NCBI GenBank assembly: GCA_950097015.1
Contig: CATNEN010000005.1
Location: 1,550,001 to 1,614,000, forward strand
DNA length: 64,000 nt
Origin: Macrostomum hystrix
Taxonomy: Eukaryota; Animalia; Platyhelminthes
Direction of reading: 5' to 3'
Both the position numbers and the translations under genes were made by a program. The stretch's first letter is position 1. Each line of letters begins with the position of its first letter. The notes below the pieces were generated by a model. It did not search any database, had not been told where the DNA came from, and saw only the letters and a list, made by a program, of their open reading frames with translations. Shown here in pieces: positions 48,501 to 60,709 of the stretch.

Positions 48501-51500
48501 AGACTCAATTTGTGGATCTGACAGACTCAATCTGGGGATCTTACAGACTCAATCTAGGGATCTTACAGTCTAAATCTAGGGATCTTACAGACTTAATCTG
48601 TGGATCTTACAGTCTAAATCTAGGGATCTTACAGATTGAATCTAGGGATCTTACAGTCTCAATCTAGGGATCTTACATTCTCAATCTAGGGATCTTACAG
48701 TCTCAATCTAGGGATCCTACAGTCTCAATCTAGGGATCTTACATTCTCAATCTAGGGATCCTACAGTCTCAATCTAGGGATCTTACAGTCTCAATCTAGG
48801 GATCTTACAGTCTCAATCTAGGGATCTTACAGACTCAATCTGGGGATCTTACAGACTGAATCTGGGGATCTTACAGACTCAATCTGGGGATCTTACAGAT
48901 TGAATCTAGGGATCTTACAGTCTAAATCTAGGGATCTTACAGACTCAATCTAGGGATCTTACAGACTCAATCTAGGGATCTTACAGATTGAATCTAGGGA
49001 TCTTACAGTCTCAATCTAGGGATCTTACATTCTCAATCTAGGGATCTTACAGTCTCAATCTAGGGATCCTACAGTCTCAATCTAGGGATCTTACATTCTC
49101 AATCTAGGGATCCTACAGTCTCAATCTAGGGATCTTACAGTCTCAATCTAGGGATCTTACAGTCTCAATCTAGGGATCTTACAGACTCAATCTGGGGATC
49201 TTACAGACTGAATCTGGGGATCTTACAGACTCAATCTGGGGATCTTACAGATTGAATCTAGGGATCTTACAGTCTAAATCTAGGGATCTTACAGACTCAA
49301 TCTAGGGATCTTACAGACTCAATCTAGGGATCTTACAGATTGAATCTAGGGATCTTACAGACTTCATCTGTGGATCTTACAGTCCAATCAAGGATCTAAC
49401 ATTCGCAATGGGATACGGGAAATTTGTAAAGATGAATATCATAATGTGGCGCCAATTGTTTAGCCTAAAAGCCAATTGCCAATTATATATTTCAAGTTGA
49501 AAAATACTCGCTTTATTAGAATGGAAAACAAATGAAGAAATAAACATATTATGATGACATTAACGTTAAAACAGACAAATATAGACTTACATCTAGCCAG
49601 AAGAAGTTTCTCTGTCATTTGTATCACCGGATAAACTTGCAGCGGAAAAGTAAATATAACACCCAATATGAGCGTGGCATCTAACACCACAACAAAGATA
49701 GACTCGGTAGGCAGATTCTGCACCACAATCTGTTGAGTATCCTGACCGTAGCGCAGGTAACCAACGGCGCCGACGCCGCCTAGAATGCCGGTGACAACTA
49801 GCAGAGCGCCGCGTAGGAAACCGCGAAAATTGTGACGATTATCCTCCATGCTGGATTCTATTGGAATCACCTGAGAGACAATTCAAGGTGGTTTGTCCCA
49901 AAAATCTACGCAGATCTTTTCTAGGAAATCCAAAGAATTATTGTTTGGTGTTTGGTGCGATTCCAAATCGATAGCTGATACGATTTTCTCGGCTAGCTGA
50001 CTAAAAATATTCCCTAGATATTTAGTACGATTCCGTAGGTATTTGGTACAGTTCAATTGATATTAGGTACGATTCCCTTGATGTCTGATACGACGCCCTA
50101 GTTATTTGGTACGATCCCTAGGTATTTGGTACGATTTCCTTGATAATTAATACGATTCCGTAGGTATTTGGTACAGTTCAATTGATATTAGTTTCGATTC
50201 CCTTGATATCTGGTACGACGCCCTAGGTATTTGGTACGATTCCCTAGGTATTTGGTTCGATTCTCTAGGTATTTCGAACGATTACTGGGCTACTTGGTAC
50301 GATTCCGTTCATAATTGCTACGATTCCATGAGTATTTGATAATATTCCAAATGCATTTTGTTTGATTCACTGGGTATGTGATACAATTTAGTATTTTCAG
50401 CCTATTCCAAAAATTATTTGTACAATACACTCAAAGGTTCTTAAAGGTTAAAGGTTCCTTAAAGCAACAAGTACTCACAGTGCCAATACCCTCGTAGGAA
50501 ACAGCCACCATGCCGATGTACACAGGCAGACTCATGCCTTTAGATTGCACAACACTGTCGCTTAGAGTGAATTCGTGCAGCATCACAGCCATAACGGCAA
50601 CAACACCGGCGCAGATGCTTAAATTGGCGATCACACTGACGCTGCCCATGCTGCGTATGTTGCGAATCAGCGCGAAGCCTAGGAACAATGGCAGCGGCGT
50701 CGCGACTAAGAGCCAGAGAGGCGGCGGTTGCCAGGTGTTTGACGTTGCTGAAAGTTCAATCTCGTCTAGCTGCTGCAGATTGCTGTCGTACGCCTACATT
50801 AAAAAACAAGTTACTGCTTCGAATTCATTTTCAGTGATAATAAATGTGGCCTCTGAATCGAGCCCAGAGCCCAACAACTATTAAGTACTGTAGCCCGAAT
50901 ATCTAGGTTAACTGGGCGTTTCTTTTGTATGCAGTAAAATATCAAATAAGGCATTCCTCACCATGTAGTTAGTAAAATTATCAGTGGTAGCTGCTGTAGA
51001 ATTAACTCCAATAGACAGCACTTGTTTCAGAGTATTGCCAATAAAGATGAAATAGTTGATACAGAAACCGAATTGAGTTATGAACAAAGACACATTCACT
51101 AGCCATAGACCTGGTTTGCCAAAAGTGAATTTGGCAATATCGCCGAGTGTCACCACCTGATGAAGCGCATTGGATTGGGCCAACAGTTGGTCCTGTCTGA
51201 TCTCGCCACTTTGATCGCCATCATCATTGCTTAATGAAGAATTCGAACCAATGGCATCTTCGTAGAATCCGTCATTATTATAATACGACCGAGAACTACT
51301 GCTAGCACTGCCAGTGTCATTGTTGGCGTAATCATGATTGTCATTTACTAACGATTCCACCATTAGCTGTTTACAGGTAACTATTAGATAGCAGCAGTGA
51401 TCGGTCAGTACAGCAATGAATAGGAGCAGAGAAATTCCGAGCTGTTTAAAAAAGTATGTTTTTTACATTTAATATTTTTTCGGTTTGCAGAAGTATATGC

Positions 51501-51634
51501 AGAAAATGTTTTGCAAATCAACTTACAGCCAATCCAGACTGACTGAATGCGAATGGCATAGATAAGTAATTGGAACCAATAAAGGCTTTGAACAGATTGG
51601 CAAAGTCTGATACATGTTGCAGTGCAGAGACCAT
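45540..51634 (-). CDS. Amino acid/auxin permease (Aa_trans) family transporter, SLC36/AVT3-like
   Basis: Exons 51634-51527 (FANLFKAFIGSNYLSMPFAF), 51441-50962 (TQFGFCINYFIF), 50793-50479 (YEGIGT), 49870-49591 (VIPIESSM...FTFPLQVYP) and 45970-45540 (SFIGAVGSIFLAFVLP). All GT-AG and phase-compatible. Confidence 0.88.
46820..49400. repeat. 22-bp minisatellite in the last transporter intron
   Basis: Unit CTAGGGATCTTACAGTCTCAAT and variants, with block duplications. Confidence 0.98.
49975..50340. repeat. Degenerate ~21-22-bp repeat
   Basis: Recurring GGTATTTGGTACGATTCCCTA. Confidence 0.75.
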
Positions 51635-53244
51635 AGCTTTGCTGGTTTAGGCATGAAAAAAATTAAATTAAAAAACTGAAACAAAAGCATTAATTTTGGC
51701 ATTAAAGTGTGAATTTTGTATGAAAATTAACAAACATAAGAGTCTAAAGTCAACAATCCTACACAGTTGGAACTAATTGAATAGGTTTAGGAGCCAGCCT
51801 ATGTTCAGTGTTATGTTCTTTCTGGCAGAGATATCTTCACTTATAAATTTAAGATATAACTTGATGACAACTTTAAAAAGGTCAAAATTTAGGACCTCAA
51901 TAAAAACTTTCTTATTGTGGAGATAAACCTGCTGCTAGCAGGAAACTTATATCAATTTCGACATTGTCTTTGCATTGGATTAGATACAATTTCATGAAAA
52001 ATACTAATAAATAATATAAAATTTATATTTATATATCAATACTGTAGCGGACCTAAAAGCAAAGATTTCGGCATGACGATTTGGAGCTATTTGAAGTTAT
52101 TCAACGTCTCTCATGTACTTTGCCAGGCCACTTGACCATTGTTTCCCCAAACCCTTGTTGGCTTAGTTATCGTCTATGGTCCTTAGTCTGATGCACAGTT
52201 GCAACTTAGATGAAGCCACTTGTTGTGCAAGTTTTGTTATTTAACATTCTGCTCGCAAGCTAGAGAGCTACCCACAAATATATGCTAGAGTTCTGATCAT
52301 CTACAATACTGTTTTAATTGCCCAACACAACTGTTTTCATAAAAAATGGATGGGAATTCAAATTGGAAAGAAATACATAGCATGCTAATGAGACATTTTC
52401 AACATAAAACTATTAAAAAATGTAAACCCAAAGCCATATATATATATTAAATTGGCAATAGCAATGTAGACTCATTGTCGGTATTAATGGCTGCCAAGAT
52501 AGTCCAATGATTAAAATATGCTATGGAAATACACTTTTAAAAGCATATTTTCAGAAGATTCAACTAAAGGAAAGTTAATTAATTGAACTGCATCATATAC
52601 TAAATAAAATGAAAAATCAAATCAAATCAAATGCAAAGGAAATAGTAGAGAAAAAAACAAGGAATGTCTTTAAACTGAACATTTTTTACATTTTTAAAGA
52701 ACTACTTCTATTTTTTATCTTTACATCTTATCTGTATATATTCAGTCTGTTTAGCTTAATATCAATGGCAATTTCAAATATATATAATTAAATTCAGGTC
52801 AATTTAAATAAAATATATAATATATAATGGCAATCTTCATGTTTCACTTGTAAAATTTTTTTCTTTTAGCTTTTGACAAAATGTAGATCTAAATAAGAAA
52901 TGATGAAAAACTATCAGTAGTTTAGGTCTTTGAGATCTTTAGACACTTAGAAAGACACTATTGACTACAAAACTTTATCAGAGACATCATACATACGCAA
53001 CACTCGGCCAACCCGGTGGAACCGGCCAGGTGAAACGAGGGCCAAGCAAGGTAAATTGCAAAAACCAATCAACCAAGCGAAAAAATCAAAGGGGGGACCA
53101 AGGGACAAAAAAGGATGGCGTGAAGAAGAGGAAAAAGGGGAGAGAAAAAGAGAGCAAATAAAAGCAAACTAAGTTGTAAATAGAGCAATGAAACAAACTA
53201 AGTTGTAAAGAGAGCAAAAACTAAGTCACACAACCGGCTAAGAT

Positions 53245-53610
53245 TTGAGAGGTTGCACATGTATGAGAGACATCAGTGCCCAGTACTGGATTGATCATCC
53301 AGTAGGCCTAGAACTTAGTGATCCTGATAAAGAAGTGGAAATTGATGAATCCTACTTCTTTCATCGAAAGTATCACCAAGGTATGCACCACGATGGTCAG
53401 TGGGTACTTGGCATGGTTGAGCATGGTGCTAAAGTGTGTCATGATTCCTGTTCTCAACTACACTGCTGCAATGCTGCTACCTCTGATTCATCGCCATGTT
53501 CTCCCTAGTACACATGTGATCACTGATGGATGGCAAGCTTATGCACATCTCTAGTTATCATCCTGTTGTCAACCACCAGCATGCTATCATTGGATCCTAG
53601 ACACTTTGTC
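53245..53610 (+). pseudogene. Decayed Merlin (IS1595/ISXO2-like DDE) transposase fragment
   Basis: [15 protein letters not shown]...WVLGMVE, then after a frameshift [26 protein letters not shown] and YHPVVNH. These are the ISXO2-type DDE motifs, broken by frameshifts and stops. Confidence 0.85.
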
Positions 53611-55235
53611 ATCTTACAACTTTTTCATAAGAGAAGAACAATTGGCCTATATATAATATTAAGATAATGAACAAAAACTAACATAATTTTACACAAAAAT
53701 GTTTTTGTTACTGTACCTATTGTAGGTAGCATACAAACATTATAAGAAAGAACAGTTGCATTTTCTTTCTATCTATATTAGGTTTCATTTTATAAAAGTA
53801 AATTGAGATTATTTAGGTTTTTTTAAAACATGGTTTAAAACTGTTTTCTATGACTTTCATTTTTCTGATTTTTATTTGCTCACTGGAGTCCTTAACATTA
53901 TGATCTGATACATTTTTTATCAATAGGCCGATGAGGCTGGAAACATTCAGTGGTCAGTGAGTAGTGGTGATTAGGGCCTATCCACTATATTGCTCACAGA
54001 AAGGCCTATGTCATTGACATCACAGATGAGATAATATAACTTGTTATATATAATCTGTGACTGACATACTGTATTTTTTAGACTTAAATAAAAGTAGCGA
54101 ACTAAAAAATGCTTGAGTTCACTACTGCTGCTTCTGGTGCTAGTTTAAATAATTTAAATAATTACAAAAAATTAACATCTTACATTTTTGCTAAAGTAGA
54201 CTGGTAACTTGGGCCCTAGGATACAGTGCAATTAAGCAAATAGTGTCTTATTGATTGAACACACATGCTACTGGAGTAAAAGTAGTTTTATTAACGTTGA
54301 TTTACAAGTAGGCCTAAAACAATATGAGCGTTCACAATGGCAATTCATACAAGCGTGCTAATTATATTCGTGCAGCGCAGCGCGAGGCCAATGTCAATGT
54401 GCCATGCCATGCGTGCATGTAGTTCGTGATCAATTCGATATTTAAATTATTTAAGCAATACAACAAAGTATACAGCATCAAGTATTATTTCCTGACATAT
54501 TCTTCAAGGAGTACTTGAAAAATATTTGTATTATGCCTTACTACAGAACCGAAACTATTTTAGTCATGTAAGAAAGTAAGAAACTAATTTTAAGGCGACC
54601 CTTCACACCGTTGTGAAAGTTACGCTTGTATTAAGCAGGCTAACATTGGTAATTATTTTTGTTATTTAAAATCAAAACAATAAAATTGTTGTTATTTAAA
54701 ATTATATAACTTCAACTATCCAAAATACTAGTCGCAACTAAAGTCCAGGTGCATGTTGGTTAATTAAGTTACTTAGATTTTTAGATAGTAGTTACATTCA
54801 CTTCGATTTGCGGGGCATTATTTTCGTTTAATGATCTTTTCTTAGGCAAGGGTTATTTCCTCTAGTCAAAGCTAGCAAATACGAATAGTATTTGCAATTA
54901 GTATATATTATTGTTAACCATTCAATTAATAAATTAGTACATGAAAGGGAAGTGAAGTTGGTTCGTTATTTTGACTGGTATTTTTTTCAATACATTTTTA
55001 ATACGCATATACATTTTCAAGAGCAACAAGTGAATTAAAAAAACTAAGTATTTATAAAACTCATTCTTTAGTGGCACAACTTTTTGATTGGTGAAGCGGC
55101 ATATCAAGCTAAAGCAATAGCATCCTCCAAACATGTATCTTCAATCGATACTTAATTACTTAAGACAGATTTTACAATAATGCATAACAGTAGTATATTA
55201 CCAAAATGCGAAAAAGTGTTATTTAACGTCCAACT

Positions 55236-58200
55236 TCACGAGGACGTTAAAGTCAACAGGAGATCTTCAGCATCGTCTAGTACCTGAGGCGGCAATAGCA
55301 TCGACGCCGGCAGCTCTAGCGACGGGTGAGAGGTTTCAGGTTGAACTTCCGCCTCGCCATCTTCCTCGTCGTCTTCTTCGTCGATCATGTCAGCATCAGA
55401 GTCATCGTCCTCTTCGTTGTCATTATTATCCTCAATCACTTCGTCGTCGTTATCGTCGCCTCCGCCGCCGATGGACGCTCTAGATGATGTCGTACACTTC
55501 GCGGCGGCGACGTTCGCACCGGATCCAGCTGGCTGGGTTGCTGCTGCCGTTGTTTCTCCCGCTGCTGCTGCTGCTGCCGCTGCAGCAGAGACACCCAGAA
55601 CGGCTCTGGGCAGTAAACGGCGAACGTGATCGCGAGTAAGCTGACGAAATTCGTTAAGACCGTCTTCAGAGTACCAGCCGTGAATATCGTGACACTGCGG
55701 CTGCGGTGACACAGAGGCGATTTTATCGACTATGGACGGCACCCGGATGTGGCACAGTTGCAGCAGCAGCTGCCCAACCTGAGGCAGGCGGTGAGACTCT
55801 AATGCAAATTCTAGACCTGCCGACGATGAACGGCCGTGCTGACGAATCTGTCTGACACGAAGGTCCAGGGACTGATAGATTGCGGCGCCTGAAATTCGAC
55901 GGTAGAACGACTCGAATTGAAGATTTTCAAAATCTTTCAAATTGAGGATCTGGGAAATGAGACGGCTCAAATTGAGGATCTGGGAAATGAGACGACTCAA
56001 ATTGAGGATCTGGGAAATGAGACGACTCAAATTGAGGATCTGGGAAATGAGACGACTCAAATTGAGGATCTGGGAAATGAGACGACTCAAATTGAGGATC
56101 TGGGAAGGTTTGACGACTTAAGTTGAGAATTTAGAAATAATTTGTTTCACTAACGAGGTGAAACAACTTTGATTATTAGGAAAGATGCATGACTCAAATT
56201 GAGGTATGTGACAACTTTGAAGATCAGTGAAAGTTCACGTTTGAAATGCTAAATGTCAAACTAACCAGGGTTAACGATCGGATTGTAGCCAAATTTCAGC
56301 CACAGATGATGCCAAGGCCCCTTGGACATGTGATAGGCCTTGGCCCTAATGAACAGCCTAGTCTGTGCTCGTGATGTGCCGCGCATTTTATGCAACGCAT
56401 AGGCCAAAGATACTACTGGCGTCTCGGCTAGCATATCATCCAACATTTGCAAAACCTTCTGCATTCTAACGTCCCGGATGCGTTCCAACTGTGCCCGCAT
56501 CTCCGGCGTTGGCCCGGTCGGTGCGCCGGCAGTTCGCAGCTCGGCCACGCTGACAGACACTGTCATGCCGCTGCGAGACTTTCGCGTGAACAGCGACATA
56601 TTGGCATCGGCCGCATCTCCGCTAGTTTCATTGGATCTCTCAGCCGAAGTTATTGTCGAAGATGCCGCCGCTGTGGTCGGATCTTCCGAAGAAGTGTCCG
56701 CAGCACGCGTCGGCTCCCAGAGTCGATAGTCGCTCTGCGCGTCCTGACGAGCCAGCGGAGTTGTGATGCAATGAAACGGGACATCGGAGCGACAGAACCA
56801 TTCTTCCACCTGTTGGAGGAGATGAGAGACGGTTTTTTTGGTAGGTTTTGGTTGGGCAACAACCCGAGAGTTTACTCTCGCGCGCACTCTCATTGTACTT
56901 TCGCTTCTGTTTAACTGTTCAACTTCTTAGTTAACCTACACTTATGCTTTTCTCTCCCTCGTCTCTGATTGGCTAGCTGCTCGTCTATCTTTTCACCCCC
57001 TCCTTTTCATCTCTTACCCTTCTGCCTTTCTCTACCTCGTCTCTGATTGGCTAGCTGTTTGTCTATCTTTTCACCCCCTCCTTTTCATCTCTTACCCTTC
57101 TGCCTTTCTCTACCTCGTCTCTGATTGGCTAGCTGTTCGGCACTCTCAGGAGGAAAGCCTCAGCCCCTCCTTTTCAGCACTTACCCTTCTGGTTTACTCT
57201 TCCTTGTCTCTGATTGGCTAGCCTTTAGTTTCTATTTCCTCGACCCCTCCTTTTCAGCACTTACCCTGCTGCCCCCTCCTTAGCTTTTTGTTTATATATT
57301 TTATTTTCGGTCTAAAGGGCTTTGGCCTCCGCTTTTAACTCGTTCAGTGCCGTAAGGACTGGCACTCTTACTGAAACACTCAACATATTTTAAATTCACA
57401 AAAAGCTACTAGGCAAATTTACAACTTGGTCAGGTGTCTCAAGCTCTTATCACTTAGCAACTTTGAGAAAAAAATAGTTAATAGCCAAAACACAATAAAA
57501 ATCTTCCTAACTACTCTACTAATCAGTAGAGCAGCGCGCGCACCTGATCCAGCGGCCTTGACGGCACTAGATCGTCGTATAGATCGCGAAATTGTTCCAA
57601 ATTTGGACCGGTGCGCAGAAACGTGAGATACTGCAGATCGGCAAGACCGTTAAATTCGTAAGTTGAACTGGTATGGCCGAGGCATTCCACCGTGAGACGC
57701 TCCTTGCCTGTGACTTTGTGTCTCTGCCTACAAGTTCAAAAGAAATAACAAAATAATTATCGTATTTCTTCTCAAATGGAAGGATGTAAATGTCTAGTCT
57801 AGCGTATTACCCATCGTAAAAAACTATACTGATTTCAAACTTTTTCATTCAATAAATAAAAATATTATCTTTCCGATCTGTAAATATCCCAGATCAAATT
57901 ATTCCCATTAACAGTAGAACCACCAAGCAATTCTGAGCCCGTTTTCGTACCAAGGGAGAGGGGAATCCCCTGTAAATTTCTTTGGCAGCGCCTGAATGCT
58001 ACCAGCGTTGGGTAGTGACTGATTGGTTGACAGACTAGACGATGGTGTACTGTGGTTGAGCGCAATAATTGGAAAAATTCACGTCAGGATGTCCATAGTG
58101 ACCTAGTTATACCTATTGTAGCCCTTGAAGGTCCAGCAGTCCGTCTAGATAAAGGTAGGTGACCACCGAAGACGGAGATGATGCAGGCACATTCGGTTGA

Positions 58201-59179
58201 CATGCTGATAAATTTTGAAGGCCTGGCAAGGCCGCACTGAGGCTCAGTGATAATTCGTGTATAGGGGTGTATGAAATACACTAGCTCTTATGGGAAAAAT
58301 CGGACCTTCGGCCAGAAACATTGAATATCTCGACGGTCTGAAGAGCTGGCGACTTGATTCTTGTTTCAGAAGATGCGCAACAAAAAGTTGACCCGTGTTA
58401 TTGAGTTTGGTGTGCTTGTGTTGCTCCGTTCGGGTACAGCACAAAAAACTGTCAAAACCTAAAATGCTATCTTAACCATCCTACATAAAAGGGGGTCGGT
58501 GGTAGAGCGGTTAACGCGTTTGCCTCTCGCACCGAGGTCCCTGAGCTCGATTCCGCGGCGAGGCCTCATTCATTTGGGGCGCAGCCGCGGAGAGAAGGCT
58601 TGGGAGCTTGTCGTGAAATTTACGCCCATTAGGGCCAACCTCTAAGGCACAGTGAAGTGTACACTGCCTGACGATGAGAAAGTGTGAGCGTGTTCGGTAT
58701 CTGTGTGCGTGTGTGTTCAGGAGTCAGCGAAATGGGCAGAATTGCCTCCTCGCTGGCTGCGGGTCTTGTGTCACTAAATGATGTGCCATTGCCCGCAGCC
58801 CTCCAGCAATTGTTATTATTATGATTATTATCCTTCATAAAATAACCCAAACATAATGTTCCCTATCTTAGAGAAATATCTAGAAATCCAATTATATATC
58901 CCCCTGAATCGCCAACACTAACCTGACAACCCGCAGCACAATAGCCGATCTAGCGGCAACCGGCTCTCCGACAGCCATTCTGGGCAGGACATCGTCCGGA
59001 TTAAATTGCAACTGCAGCCTCTGCTGCTGCTGCTGCTGAACCGAAGAAGGGGTTAATGAAGCCGTGAAACTTTCAGCCAATCGTTGGAGTCCGCCCAGCA
59101 TGCGAATAGCTCGATCCTGATTTAGCACAATGCCCGGAAATTCTACGGCAAATAGTTGCCGCGTTGACAGTGGCACCTC
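55236..59179 (-). CDS. GTF3C5: General transcription factor IIIC subunit 5 (tau95/Tfc1)
   Basis: Exons 59179-58923 (FAVEFPGIV...MLGG), 57727-57544 (YEFNGLADLQYL), 56809-56266 (AYHMSKGPWHHLWLKFGYNP) and 55888-55236 (AIYQSLDLRVR, HGWYS, acidic tail). Phases are compatible; the start codon is unresolved. Confidence 0.9.
55935..56105. repeat. 30-bp tandem repeat in GTF3C5 intron 3
   Basis: Unit AATTGAGGATCTGGGAAATGAGACGACTCA, 5-6 copies. Confidence 0.95.
56955..57265. repeat. Diverging ~78-bp tandem repeat in GTF3C5 intron 2
   Basis: About 4 units, each with TCTCTGATTGGCTAGC and CCCCTCCTTTTCA...CTTACCCT. Confidence 0.85.
57349..57390 (+). pseudogene. Degenerate flatworm spliced-leader-like sequence
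   Basis: GCCGTAAGGACTGGCACTCTTACTGAAACACTCAACATATT aligns at about 33 of 43 columns with the Macrostomum lignano SL as I recall it (GCCGTAAAGACGGTCTCTTACTGCGAAGACTCAATTTATTGCATG). It lacks the terminal ATG and a donor. Confidence 0.6.
58491..58829 (+). mobile_element. tRNA-derived SINE, family A, in GTF3C5 intron 1
   Basis: Homologous to 4646-5025 with an internal deletion; TSD ATCCT(A/T)CATAAAA at 58478-58490 and 58830-58842. Confidence 0.92.
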
Positions 59180-60404
59180 CTGCGACGAAAAATAAGACGA
59201 ATGAAAATAAGTTTTTCGATACATATCGGATGCATTAAGAACTCCTAATCGACAAGTTGTACAATTTAATTAACTTATCTATGGATTCTAATCTGGAACT
59301 GGATCTGATATGGATATCAAATTATCTACGGAAATTTAAAGAGTCTGCTAACTATTACTAGGGCCTCAACTACAATTTGCCCACTAGTACATTGGCAGAA
59401 AAAATATTTGAAAGCAGACAATTTTAAGTGGAAAACACTCGTTTAATAACGAATTATTTATTATCACGGAAAGAAATAGTATGCAGTAAATTATAACAGA
59501 CGTTTTGTCTTACTTCCAAGTGTTTATAAGCGGACGGAATTTCGAATAACTAATAAAGCCGGAATGTTTTTCTTTTTTCAAAGAAACTGTGTCAGTATAA
59601 CAAAAAATAATAAATAGTACAGACGACGCAGAAATTCAATCAAAGGTAGCTGTACAAACAAAATAATCGTGCTTAATTAGTAAGCCTCATGAGCTTTAGC
59701 ATCTAGACTTTTTTTACCGTGAGTGATTTTACGAAAAAGAGAGCCGATTTAAATCCTAGAAGTTTTAGTGAAAATCTAGAAAAAAACTCTTTAATCGATT
59801 ATAATAAAATATATAATTCAACGAATAAGCTAAAAGCATGGCAATTTATTTTCGAAAAAAAACTAAAGATTCCTTCACCAGGAAGTGATTGAAGCAAACT
59901 GCCTACATTTTCTAGATAAATCCCAGCTTTTTCTACTTCCTCGCTAAAATCGATTGCTGCAATCGTTCCTCAGACGGGTTGAAACTATCCAAGCTTTTTG
60001 CGCTTCTGAACTTACAAAGATTGGTTAAGACAAGTTTTGAAATATCTTCCTGTGATACAGGAAGTAGAAAATATTTTTATTGCTTTTAACGTAACAAGAA
60101 CTTTCCATCATTAAAATTGACTGACGCATGTAGACAGCCGACATGTACAGTGTAACAAATTTGAAACTTTATTAGCCCGAAAAATAAGCGACTATAAAAC
60201 TGCAGATCACATATTGGCAGAGCATTCTATAAAAACTTAATATTATGTCTTACGAGCGTACAATTAAGCATAGTTTAAGCAAGATAGTCGAAGTAGAGAA
60301 ACTGGATTTTGAAGTTTCTTGACAACAGAGCAAAAAATAAACAATAAAAACGTGAAATTAAACAAATATAGCTACTAACATATCAGAAATCTTCATTCTG
60401 ATCA

Positions 60405-60585
60405 TAGTTAATTGGGTCAGATTACCTTCAATTATCCCAGCTGGTACCCATTTAACAGCTGGGTGAACTGAAGCAATTCAGAGTTAAGTGTCTTGCTAAA
60501 TGACACAAATTGTTTCCGTGGAGTCGGGAATCGAACCCCCGACCTTCAAGTCGTGAGTCCGACGCCCTAACCACTAGGCTACGCT
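60405..60585 (-). mobile_element. tRNA-derived SINE, family C (CORE-like)
   Basis: The - strand reads TAGCCTAGTGGTTAGGGCG...GGTTCGATTCCCGACTCC...GCAAGACACTTAACTCT...CACCCAGCTGTTAAATGGGTACC. Confidence 0.85.
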
Positions 60586-60709
60586 CGTACAACCTCTCGG
60601 TTGTCAGTATAGTCTACGACTAAGCAAAATATTTACCATAGACGGTGCACTTTTAGAATTCACAAGCGGAGAGTGCTTAGGTTAACAAAAAGATAAGGTT
60701 AATAAGAGT

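Noticed and set aside
53927-53956. 30-nt + strand AG/GT-bounded micro-exon-like segment (ADEAGNIQWS)
   Set aside because: No other + strand exon nearby to join; compatible with chance.
58650-58740. CTGACGA...GAAA hammerhead motif in SINE A
   Set aside because: CTGAC is the arm of a local hairpin in the full-length copy, and the required stem II closing pair and stem III geometry are absent.
58744-58800. GCCTCCTCGCTGGC in SINE A is identical to the recalled HDV genomic ribozyme P3-L3 segment
   Set aside because: The P1 partner lies downstream rather than upstream and there is no P1.1 GG. Comparison with SINE B supports a different three-way fold that does not conserve this loop.
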